A model generated the notes under the pieces. It worked only from the letters and a program-made list of their open reading frames with translations. It did not search any database and was not told where the DNA came from. Position numbers and translations under genes: made by a program. A stretch of DNA of 60,000 nucleotides from Botryllus schlosseri (Eukaryota), in contig CM119372.1 of assembly GCA_051294905.1 (NCBI GenBank), forward strand, positions 18,354,001-18,414,000, written 5' to 3'. Shown piece by piece: positions 39,701 to 60,000 of the stretch. How positions within the stretch are numbered: the stretch's first letter is position 1; each line of letters opens with the position of its first letter.

Positions 39701-39926
39701 TACGTATGATACTTCCGTTCGCGGCCGTAAGCAGCGGACCAGAGGTTTTGTGTCTCCGTTCGAGCCTGGTGGGTGGGAATACGCTCACTTCCGCCCCGGT
39801 ATCGACAAGAAAAAGGAAGTTGGACCTCAGGTCTTGCAGGTAAAATAATTTGTTGCCGGTTGCCCCGTTTACTGCGGACAACCGGCTTTGTCGTTTTCCT
39901 GCTGCCAAGCACAGGGAGGGCAACAT
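36792..39926 (-). CDS. pol: Pol polyprotein (PR-RT-RNaseH-IN), probably expressed by -1 frameshift
   Basis: LVDTGA, YLDD, TVDAS...RELLA...TDHKPL, HHCC, DDE integrase, GPY motif; uninterrupted 1044 aa. Confidence 0.96.
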   Translation of the reverse strand: MLPSLCLAAGKRQSRLSAVNGATGNKLFYLQDLRSNFLFLVDTGAEVSVFPPTRLERRHKTSGPLLTAANGSIIRTYGTKRLSLVFPSGKYGWEFTLADVSQPLLGADFLRAQDLLVDVKHHRLIHLHSLTSVPLGISEHVSLGLNSVSTGRSCYAQILAEFPEIITPHFTHVQPKHKVEHLISTTGQPIHSRARRLPPDKLAIAQTEFNKMLELGIIRRSSSQWSSPLHMVPKGSGGWRPCGDYRRLNTATQPDRYPIPRLQDFTARLAGSNVFSKIDLVRGYHQVPVAPDDIPKTAITTPFGLFEFLRMPFGLKNAAQTFQRMMDMVCQSLDFVFVYLDDILVASESLSQHKRHLHELFGRLSKHGLVINIDKCQFGKPVIDFLGHRVDNHGAKPLPGKVDAILKFPRPTTVKGLQEFTGMINFYHRFIPEAAKIMMPLYGALSGNPKTLLWTTEMDTAMAKAKEALASSTLLHHPSPDAKTALTVDASQYAVGAVLEQFIDQRWRPLAFFSKHLRPPELKYSAFDRELLALHLAIRHFRYFLEGRNFTAFTDHKPLTFAFAKISEPWSARQQRHLSAISEYTTDIQHIDGKNNRVADALSRIAISNVQNPLLDLDYEAMAKAQLDPEVQAYRTAISNLRIENVPLGTAGLTLLCDTSRGTPRPVVPRSWRRKVFEVVHGLSHPSIRTTRKLVASKFVWHGLKKEVGLWAKQCVPCQRAKVHTHIRAPLADYPPTTSRFQSVNIDIVGPLPMSQGKTYLLTVVDRFTRWPEAIPMEDSTTLTCARASIANWVARFGIPAHISSDRGPQFTSHLWAQLNQLLGVILHRTTSFHPQANGLVERFHRHLKSSLMARLTGPNWLDELPWVLLGIRTTPKEDLDASSAELVYGAPLTVPGDFVSFSGESAHRDLPTLQEKIRNLLPRPMSRHGTSKTAIPGSLKECTYVFIRKDAHRPPLTKPYDGPYKVLKKSTKSFTLSMGGRTEVVSVDRLKPAYMDLNEPVEVAQPARRGRPPRQPSEIEQPRDLQNARRSKRNRHPPSRYGS

Positions 39927-40537
39927 TGTCGTGCCTTCTTGCCAAATCGTCGATGGTAGAAGCAGAAGTTTGAAACCGTGTCCATCGTATTAGGACTGGT
40001 CGGTTTGTTCTTACTCAATTTACTAATTCTGTAATCGCTGGATCTCGATAGCCACATTTGATCCGCCCGCTGAGCCAAATCTCGGGGGTTATCTAGATCC
40101 TCTTTTGCCAGCACTATCCGTATGTTTTCCGGCATTTGCTGTAAGAATAAGTGTTTGAAAAGGAAGCAGGGGTGATGATCTCCTAGCAGTGCGAGCATTT
40201 CGTCCATCATCTCTGTCGGTTTTCTGTCGCCAAGAGGTGACATATTTAACAGACGTGCAGCTCGCTCTCGTGGAGACAAGGCAAAAGACTGTAATAACTT
40301 GCTTTTGATCGTGTTATACTTCTCTGCCTGTGGAGGATTGTCCAAGAGTTCTATCAGTCGTTTTGCTGTGGTCTGATCTAAAGCTGAAACTACGTAATAG
40401 AATTTGGTTTCATCTGCAGTTACTCCTTTCAAGGCGAACTGTGCTTCCGCCTGTCGAAACCAAACTCGTGGCTCCTCTGCCCAAAAGGTTGGAAGCTTAA
40501 CAGCTACCGCATTCTGCTTGCCTGCTTGCTGATCCAT
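39869..40537 (-). CDS. gag: Gag (CsRn1-type)
   Basis: VKLPTFW...[27 protein letters not shown] (Cx2Hx9Cx3C). Confidence 0.95.
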   Translation of the reverse strand: MDQQAGKQNAVAVKLPTFWAEEPRVWFRQAEAQFALKGVTADETKFYYVVSALDQTTAKRLIELLDNPPQAEKYNTIKSKLLQSFALSPRERAARLLNMSPLGDRKPTEMMDEMLALLGDHHPCFLFKHLFLQQMPENIRIVLAKEDLDNPRDLAQRADQMWLSRSSDYRISKLSKNKPTSPNTMDTVSNFCFYHRRFGKKARQCCPPCAWQQENDKAGCPQ

Positions 40538-41227
40538 GCTCGTAGTGCAGGAATACGTTCCTGCTCGTCGGGGTCACCAATGAAGCGAGAGCTCCGTTTA
40601 TTGCGAGCGAAGTTAGTAACTGGCGAGTAAACGCATCAACCTGCATGCATTGAAAAGGGACGCGCAAACATTCACAAATTGGCAATCAAATAATCACACG
40701 ATCGACGAGCGCGCCTTGTAGAGCCGCTACAACGGAATGAAATATAATCAAAGTTTTTGAAACTATTTAGTACTTTCCAGATTATATAGTAATACTGATT
40801 TTTGTATCAAGCTACTGATATATTTCATGAAACTATGCCCAAACTAAGATGCGAATCCATAGCCCGCGCTGCATTTCACTGAATTCACAGTTTAAAACCA
40901 TAACCAAATAGCTCTGAGCGTAGTTTCAACTAAATGAAATGATATATATGCTTTTTTATTTCATTCTACGTTACCGTCAAATATCCAATGACAAAGAGCG
41001 ATGCCGGATTTGAAAAATTGAATCATTTATCACTAGGCGGCGAAATTGCATTTTAATACTGTATATGACGTATAAAAAGAATAAGCACACCCAAATTGCT
41101 ATAGAATAAGAATAATCATGGGCTCACAGTGAATAATTTCATGTCTACGAAACCGAACACGATTAGACATTTTGCATATCATCAATTTTCACGCAAGATC
41201 CATTGTCTATATTGAATAAAGCACCGT

Positions 41228-44200
41228 TTACTTGACAATATGTTGTACAAAACGATGTAGTAATATAAGCCAGAGCCAGGAGTAAATTGCAGCTCCATGA
41301 CGCATCGCACTGTTCCCAGGATCCGGTATAAGTTCTATTCCTTCCCCAGTTTCCAAACCGGAGTAGCGAATGATCCAGGCAATGTAACTTTGAACACTTG
41401 TGTAGGCACCTGGTCTGCGGGCTTGGGCGCAACCGTCCCCAAAGCTTGTTATTCCTTGAAGAACGTAGAGAGAATCGTTGCTGGTCGACACCGGGCAGAT
41501 CAGAGGGCCACCGCTGTCGCCTTGGCAAGAATCGATTCCACCTGTTTCATATCTAATTACAAATACAACAAGGACAATCAATCGCTAATGAAACAGATGT
41601 GAAATTTATGCATTCTGGGCAATAATTGATACGGATCATCGCATTCGTTCAGTCACTAAAATATCTTATAATTGATCTCTGATCATACAATTTCGATAAT
41701 CCCGACAACTATACTAGTTTCGACGTGTTGACCTGGGTCCCGGTGACAGATATATTTTCGAATGCGCCCTGACGTCCAAGCTACAAACAGGAAACATCAG
41801 AACTCTTCATATTGCTTTTTCCCAACAACTGTTATTGGTGAATATATGCAATATACATGAACCTCCTCCAGTTCAAATAAATACATTTATATACATTTTC
41901 GGTTAAAATTCGCCGCAATCACGAGTGATTATGCGGTGCTCATCCGCTGGGACTTAACACACTTCACCATGCGAATGATGAAACATGCACCAAAATACTC
42001 AAATGTACCGCACAGTATTGTTGTAGATAACAATTTATCTATAAGCGTACATTTTACAACGAGAGATTATTGGGTATCGGCCCGGTTATACAGGAATGGG
42101 TAGCCCTTTGAGCTCACGCGCTGCATTCAGAATATTTAGAGTTATCCCAAACAATAACATATTAAATAGTCATAGCTTTTATTTAATCTCGTGTGACCAA
42201 AGAAATTGCGAATTCATGTTTTGTACACTATCTAACAAAAATATATAGTATCCTGTTAAGGAGAGGTGACTTACCCAGCGCAGATGTGATCGTTAGTAAC
42301 CGTAACTGAGATAGCTGAGTACCAACTGTTGCAGGTCGTTAGATCGATAATATCTACGTTGGCATAACGCATTTGAGCTAATGATGTTCCAGTTCCTGTG
42401 ACAAATACAAGTGACGGAAAAGATCAGCGATAATAAACATGAAGCGGATCCTGACGTGAATATTTTCATTGAGTTATAGTTACGTAATGTAACTAATTTA
42501 TTGCAGGCTATCTGTCTTCGAAATCCCTCACCCACATGGTAGCACTATTGTACAGCAAAGTCGACAGTAAGGCTGAGAGGTATCATTTAAAACTTGCCTT
42601 CGAAGTGAAGTTCTTCATTAGAGCTTATTGCCTGCGAAACGCTGTGACTGAGTGTGACATGGGCTAATGTAGGCCTACAGGCTTTTATGTGTTTAAAAAT
42701 AGCCTTCCATGCATGGATATGGAATGCGGATTAATATTTCTATGTCTACTTTTGCCTCCGAAGGAACTTATTGGCAAGCGGAGTGATGAAGTTTTGACAT
42801 AAATTATACTCTCGAATTCGTCCCTGCTATTATACTTACCCATGGTCTCCCCGAATCCAGAAACAACGCATGTTTCTCCGCCAGAGACAGTGATTGTTGA
42901 CGCCGGTAGACCAATAGGTTGGACGTAGTAGTTATAAGTTATACTATCAGTGAAATATAACAGACTTATGTCAGCTTCAAACGTATTTCCGTCGTAATCT
43001 ATGAAGGATAATAACAGCGTAAGATTTTACCGGCTATCCGCCTCTACGTTACAGACGCAACGGCGGCTGTCTCGAAGCGCATAAATATACCTTCGTGATT
43101 TCGATAAGTGCTGGCGTATCGGTCCACAGTATGCTCACTCGGATTGGTGATATCATGAACTCCAAATCGCAGCAATAAGCCAGTAATATCTGATCTGAAT
43201 AATAGGGTATTTCGGATTGTTCTCAGCAGAAATTGGTACGGCATAGCGAAACGTTGTCGTACTGTACTAGTATATACTAATATTAAATAATATCGTGCCG
43301 TAACAGAATCATATTGATCGCATGGTAATGTCGTACGTTTATGTTTATCCTAACATCAAATATAAATTTGGGTTAACCATGATCATTGACATGGTGTGAT
43401 AGCAGGTATGGATGCGATCCCAATAAACGGTGTTTCTTGAACAAATTTTAGAGCGCTACCGGAATCTGACTCTTTACATCTCGCGAGTCGCGACCCGAGC
43501 CTCACGTATGGAAAGAAATGCGTTGCTAACGTTGGTATGCTGTGTTTTTAATGACACGTATAAAGAACCAATTGTACGCTACGCAGTTCTATGAAACAAT
43601 GCAAAGATTAGTGATTCAGTGAGGTTGATGCCATTGGAATTTCTCCATAGTATTTGGATGCACGACTTTTTCGTATTCTCCGGTGTGGAGATAGTCACGG
43701 GCTGCTTGCAGGAAAAAAATAAGCTCAAAGGAGCTCTGAATTTTTGAAATTGGAAATCGCTTTTACAAAACAAGCACCAGAAAACAACAAGCGCCCTTAT
43801 TATAATATTCCGCCAGGGCTCTGGAATATCTATATTATCTAGATATTCCTGTATTCCGTGCAGGTCTAGTACTGCGGAGGGGAAAACTCGAAACAATATG
43901 CTTAATGTACAGAATTGAGTCCAACTGTATTACCAATTATGATGGAATGGTACCATCCTAATATCGCATGAAGTCGTTATGGGAGGCTTTAGTTTTTTAG
44001 GGCTATGCAAACTGAGCGTGCAGGACTATTTGCCTTTGTCATTTCGGCGCCGAACATCTTCGCCTAGCACACTGGTTCCCGACCATATTCGACTCATCGT
44101 CCCCTTATCAAGCTCGACACAAGTTTACGGATTCGAAAAACAAGGACATATAAACAGGAAATTTATTCACCTAACTCTGAACACTGGCGAATTGAGTAAA

Positions 44201-44950
44201 ACAACGGCTCCTTTTAGAGTAGGTGCTCGGAAACCCGGTTTGCGCATCTACTTACCGTCGAGTTGACCTGTGTTCGAGTCGCAAGCAGAATAAGCCGTCT
44301 TCACGTGCATATTTTGGCCGTGTTGATTAAGTAGGCTATATCTCACTAGACGTTCTAACATTTTGCCATTTTTGAAGTGTTGTAGGTTTATGATAGGCGC
44401 CTCCACGGTGTAAGCGGTGTCTTATAAAAGCCTAGAAATGGGCTTTCGTACAACTGGGAATAAAAATGAATAAAAATTGACCTGGTGTAAATGACTTTCG
44501 TATTCGACAAACACGACGGATACCACAAACAACAGGATTCCTACATCAGAAAACTAGATCAATAGCACTTACTCAGTGAAACAGTGAGCTGCACTGAGTA
44601 CATAATTATTGCCGATCAGACTTCCACCACATACGAAGTAATAGCTTCCTTGAGATCGACTCTTGTAAATTGCCACCTGCCAAGGCCATTGAGCCTCACT
44701 TGAAGCCGATCCACCAACAATACGACCATGGTCCGTAAGGTTGTGCTCACCAGTCACCTCAAATGTCAAAACTGCAAAATTGCAACTGTATGAGATTACT
44801 AACAATACGAATCTACTTCTCTCTGTACATTACGGCAACGAGTAATCCACCTTATCGTGCATGTACATGATATCATATTCCCACCACCTTACCCTCTTTA
44901 GCCGCGACGAGATTGGTCACCAAAAGAATACACGCAAGTTCCAACAACAT
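41228..44950 (-). CDS. Trypsin-family (S1A) serine protease B, 6 exons, 321 aa
   Basis: Exons 44950-44893, 44771-44573, 43194-43091, 42998-42840, 42395-42275, 41552-41228; exon sizes identical to protease A; R-IVGG, AAHC, EADISL, GDSGGP. Confidence 0.94.
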
Positions 44951-45335
44951 AGCTTTTACTCCGAGCTGGCTGCGACAAATACCTTACTGATACGCGAAAT
45001 TGATATTTATCGTCAATCCACCTCATTCAAAGGACAAAGCAAGTAATACAAAGGAACATTTCTAAATAGAGCGGGCTGGGTATCATCGGAAGACGATGTT
45101 TGAATTATAGGTCGAATGCAATTTTTGTCCGCTGGAGTAATTCCAAGTACAAGCGGATGATTGTTTTCACTCTTTATTTTCATTGTGCACACAGGAAGCT
45201 GTGGTTGTTCTGGCAATATGTAAAATACGACTCTCATTCACTAATCCTTCGGGGCGTCATATCAAAACTATCGATGGTACGTTTTATGGGGGTCACATGA
45301 AAATTTATTTGGTTGCAGCGGCCCTGGCTACAGCA

Positions 45336-46299
45336 TAGGGGAGATGTGGTACCGATGGATCAAAAATTGGAAAATGATCGCTGGCCCCAAAATGTTCAGC
45401 CGAAAACAGCAGGTCTCTTGCAGGCTCAGGACTTTGATACAAGCTCTACCTATCGCGCACATATAGGTGAATATCTGTCTTTTCAAAAAATATTTATGGA
45501 CGTTCAAAATTTGTTGCTCGAACGTGTCATCGGTCCCCACCCGGTGGGTCCAATGGCACACGACCCGGGGACCTATGACACATATACCCTAAATACCTCA
45601 GATGTGACAACTTTTCTTGCTCAGTATTATGTTCTAAGCTACATAAGCCAAAGAAGCATGTTTGATCGCAACCGTCAAGAAATAGAATAAATATTAACTC
45701 AAATGTTGTCATAAAATCACGTTTCGATTTAGGCTCAGACTTATAAATTTGAGGGTACATGCATATTGCCCGAAAATCGACAGTGTGACTTCCAAACACC
45801 TCGTTATAGCGATAAAACATCATATGCAATTATTACATAAAGATTTTCTGTACGTAGGCATGTTTCATTTGTTTTATGATTAGTATGCTTGATTATTTTG
45901 CTTGATTTGGCTATTGTATCATCGGTCCCCACCCTACGAATTTTATACATGAATCGAAAAAAATTCCACTCAAGGAAAGTCCTGAAAAAATAATAGGTGC
46001 CATTATATAGCCTGATACAAGCCCTGCACTTCACAATAAAAATGATTGCTGGTTTGTTCGTGTTGAAGGTTACAAAGAGAAATGTATATGTCGATATAAA
46101 TTTACTTTACACCCCCCAAAACAAAAAACATCTGTGAGAGACCCCATAGCTCGCGCACGTCGAATTTTTTTGTATGTGAGGAAAGATTTTGCCGGCAAGC
46201 AATTGTGGACAAGTTCACGGAGTGTAATCATGGAATTATCATAGAGAATTTTCAAAGTATTTTCGGTCCCAGTGATCCATCGGTACCACATCTCCCCTA
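45336..46299. mobile_element. Non-autonomous TIR element flanked by TA
   Basis: 27-bp perfect inverted ends TAGGGGAGATGTGGTACCGATGGATCA; no 8-bp TSD seen; superfamily uncertain. Confidence 0.8.
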
Positions 46300-47318
46300 C
46301 AATCCCACAAATGTATTACCATTTTCCCTTTCGCACCAGTAGTCGAGAAATTGTCGGTATTTAATTACAGTCTTCTTCAGAGATGCGGGAACTAGGATTT
46401 TTGATTTGAAGAGGTCATCGGAACCAACGTATCCTCAACAAACGGGGAACGTTGTAAAAGGAGTGCCACCGCTTGCTCTACGGACTCGCGCCAGAAATAA
46501 AACCTTCATCGCCCATCGGTCAATCACAAGGTAACCAGCAATCGTCATATAGTCGAATGCATAAACGATTTGCAGGACTGAGGACCTGAGATATCGCACA
46601 CCGCTTTCTATCAATATGGTCGGGTCGACTTGAACTTCGTAGTATTATTGCTGTGTTGTTTGTGCGGCTAGTCATTTTATCTCCCTATGAAAACGAGTTC
46701 TGACGAAAATGTCGGCTTTCACATGACTGGTGCTGCCGTGTTCTAAACTAGCTAATCTCCGATTTACTGTGTCACCATGACTAGACCTTACAATAATGAC
46801 AAATTGAAGCACTGTTACAAGTGTACATCGGTATATTTGTCAAATCGGGAAAGATAGAAAAGGTTTTACAGCAACGTCACAACAAGCAGGACGACAGTAC
46901 AGTGGAAAAAAGCAGTGTTGCCAATATTGAAAGAGAACAAACTTAAAAATAAATTCTGTAAATAACGAGAAATAATGCAAAGTCATGATATCGCCAAGGG
47001 AAATGTGCCGTGGTAGAAGCAATTACAACGATCGTATAATTAAGATTTGGCAGGGCCAGCGAGTTGGCAAATTTATTTCCGGAAACTATGCATTCTCCCT
47101 ACATAGTCACCGAATATATTGTTAGCGACCACAGTTAACCCTGCAGGTCCGTCAAGGCGAACTAAAACTCACGAGAAAACTATCATCAGAACTTAACGAG
47201 CAGGAATTGCATTGAATGTTTCAATCATCACAAATATGTGTGCAGATACACTTGTTTCGACGAGACGATACGGTCGGTCTACTCGCCATTCCCCATGTCA
47301 AACACCAGGCAATATCAT

Positions 47319-47737
47319 TAGGGTTACATTTAAAGCAAAGATCAATTTAAAACAAAACTGTTTAAAACATGTTTTTATTGCTTTTTTTAAAGCAATGACG
47401 TCACGAATATTCAATTGTCACGTCATAGTGGATTAACATTGACAATTGAACTATAGGATAAATATAGCTCCTTTGACGAAACATCTACGTACTAGAGGTG
47501 TTAAACCGCCTATTTTGAGGGTTCCAACCATCCCATATCGTATGCGTCGGCTATATCGGGGGGGGGGGGGGGGGTAATGTCAGTGTGCTCATACGACATG
47601 TGTTTTGGAAAGTATTTACACAATTATGGAATAATTTTACCAACTTGAAAAAACACAATTTTTTTTGTAAAAAGACTTTATTTAAAACACTGTTCAAAAC
47701 ATGTTTTAAACAACCATTTGTCTTAAATGCAACCCTA
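47319..47737. mobile_element. hAT-type MITE family 1 copy
   Basis: TAGGGTTACATTT...AAATGCAACCCTA; TSD AATATCAT/AATATCAG. Confidence 0.85.
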
Positions 47738-48407
47738 AATATCAGCGAGTTATAATAAATTGTCCATAGATCTATTGCGCGTCAAATCATGTCGGCTCGG
47801 TTGTTTTCGTGGAATTGGGTAGTGGATTTGTTGAGTATGTGCGTCTGAACTAAACTAAAATGATGAAGTTTAGAGCGAAGTTCAAGGTATGTAAAGTTTA
47901 ACATGAAGACTGCAAGACTCAAAAAGACAGTTTACATCCGTTATCGTCGCAATCGAAGCATGCGACGTTGCAGAACTGCGTCGCGGTAGTCAAATCCAAT
48001 TAGACCTGAATACGTTGTTCTTGATCGTGAAGGGTCGGAACATTTCTTGTATTTATCGCGAGTTTGCAACCATATTTTTGCGAGACAGGTTCCAAACGAT
48101 ACGGTCACATTGCGTTACGGTACATTAGAGAAACCAATGTCGACATCCTGAAATAACGGGCCGGGATGTACACTGTCATATCTTCAAGGCGGAGGAAACA
48201 CATATCATCAGCATCGCATATTGAACAGTGAAGGAAGGCATCACGCATTACTACATTAAATACTATATTTGATCACGTCAAAGCGTGCTAATAACGACCC
48301 CCCTATACATTCACAGGTATGTAGAAAAAACGGCGACAAACACTTCGTCTAAATATCACTTCGTTTGGCACTATCGGTCCTAAAAAAAGTAAAGCGACAG
48401 TCGATAG

Positions 48408-58729
<10,322 letters not shown>

Positions 58730-59520
58730 CTACAAAATATTTCATAGCGATTGAATGGGACAGGTTCGATGAGCAATAGAAACTGATCTCCAATGTGTGA
58801 AGTCACATGCACAATAATGCTAAACACACTCAACAGCATAGGTATGGATAGAATAGTTCAAATACTAACTGCAGATAATTCTATGTAATAAAATGGTAAT
58901 GTGACTGCATAAGCGATAGGCCTATAAGTCTACATGAACGAAGCAAGTTCATGCAGTCACAGGAGATCTGGTGTTAGTGGATAGAAGTTTGATGAAAAGG
59001 ATGAATGACATTTCAACTGATAAACAAACAGAATGAGATTGTGATTTGCGACGCGAGTCATGTCATTTGTTACGACAACGACGACAAAATAAACATTTAT
59101 TTAACCTGATTGCGAGTTCAAGGATCCGCCGCCTAAAGAAATAAAATTAAATTTAACATATTTTATCAAACGGAACTTGAGCGACTTCAATACGGACAGT
59201 CAAAATGTAACCAGTAACCAGTAACCGGTCCCCTTGTTTGAAATGAGATATACCGTCAAAAATTAGCTCTCGCCAACCGACATGCTACTCCATATGCAGG
59301 GGTGGTCAGAGCAGTCAGCATTGGTACTCAAGTAAAAGTAACTTCATAAATTTATACCCAAGTAGAAGTAGAAGTCGAAAACGAAGGCCCAGGAACCATC
59401 AAAGTAAGTAGTTTCAAAATAGATCCGGGCGAGGGGTGGCATATCTTTAGCAGTTAATCGGAGGTGGTGACTTCCAAAATTGCAAAGTGCATAGTCGCGA
59501 CTAACGCAAAACGCCTAGAT

Positions 59521-60000
59521 CAGTGGTTCTCAACCTTTTTGTCTTCGGGGACCCCATTCGGACCATCACGGACCCCCACAAATCCCCCACCCCCAAGTTT
59601 CAGATCACATTCATTTCAATTATCGCACAACCGTCCATCTGTGTTGTGCAAATATACTGGAGATAAAGACCAACAAAATGACTTTTCTTGAAAATAGCAT
59701 CATCATTATGTAGAAATTGGGAAGTCTTTCTGTAGCGAAATCCGCAGCTGCATTTCTTGAAATACTCGGTCGTGTCTTCAAAATCGACGCCGTGGATTTG
59801 ATATGAACGGGTGCCGAAATCCGTTCCCATAAAGATAGGTGCTGGCGAATGTACTAATTACCCGAAACGCTTTGGGTATATACATATGGCACCAACCAAC
59901 ATTGACAAACAGAACATATATCGTCCAGCCTAGTCATTTCTGTGTAGCAGCTCATCTTGAAGTTCTTCTGGAATAGCGGTTATTTATATCAAAGAAGAAA
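59521..60000. mobile_element. Left end of a Charlie/Buster-like element (extent unknown)
   Basis: CAGTGGTTCTCAACCTTTT preceded by GCCTAGAT; GGACCCC motifs. Confidence 0.5.

Larger units (their letters stand above)
36616..40731 (-). mobile_element. Full-length Ty3/gypsy LTR retrotransposon, CsRn1 clade
   Basis: 151-bp LTRs 36616-36766 and 40581-40731 (TG...CA); 4-bp TSD ACGG; tRNA-Trp PBS TGGTGACCCCGACG (40579-40566); PPT GCTGGAGGGGATGG; CHCC Gag motif. Confidence 0.96.

Noticed and set aside
36809..39973. Short ORFs overlapping pol in other frames or on the other strand
   Set aside because: Shadow ORFs of the retroelement coding region
59600..59830. Possible further kinase exon (76-aa ORF)
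   Set aside because: No DCX or kinase similarity; lies just inside a TE terminus at 59521

Overview
Eukaryotic (invertebrate metazoan-type) genomic DNA, AT-rich, with spliced genes and very dense transposon content. All three host genes are on the minus strand. The first is the 3' part of a DCLK3-like kinase (exons 58729-48408, 5' end beyond the window). The other two are tandem paralogous 6-exon trypsin-family serine proteases with signal peptides and hydrophobic C-terminal tails. Protease B is compact (44950-41228). Protease A (32510-6534) is inflated by insertions, and its last two exons are tandemly duplicated (second set 4950-3067). The most striking structure is a 14.05-kb foldback element (8053-22102) in protease A intron 5. 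It has ~6.6-kb near-identical inverted arms, a 911-bp spacer, AGTAGT...ACTACT termini and a 6-bp TSD (GACGCA), and its empty site is preserved in the duplicated segment. These termini match Polinton/Maverick elements, but no recognisable Polinton genes are present. Also present: an intact CsRn1-clade Ty3/gypsy element with apparently identical 151-bp LTRs, an internally deleted Mag-like gypsy element, over a dozen non-autonomous hAT/MITE insertions with 8-bp TSDs, and two tRNA-derived SINEs. All calls were made by eye, without database searches.
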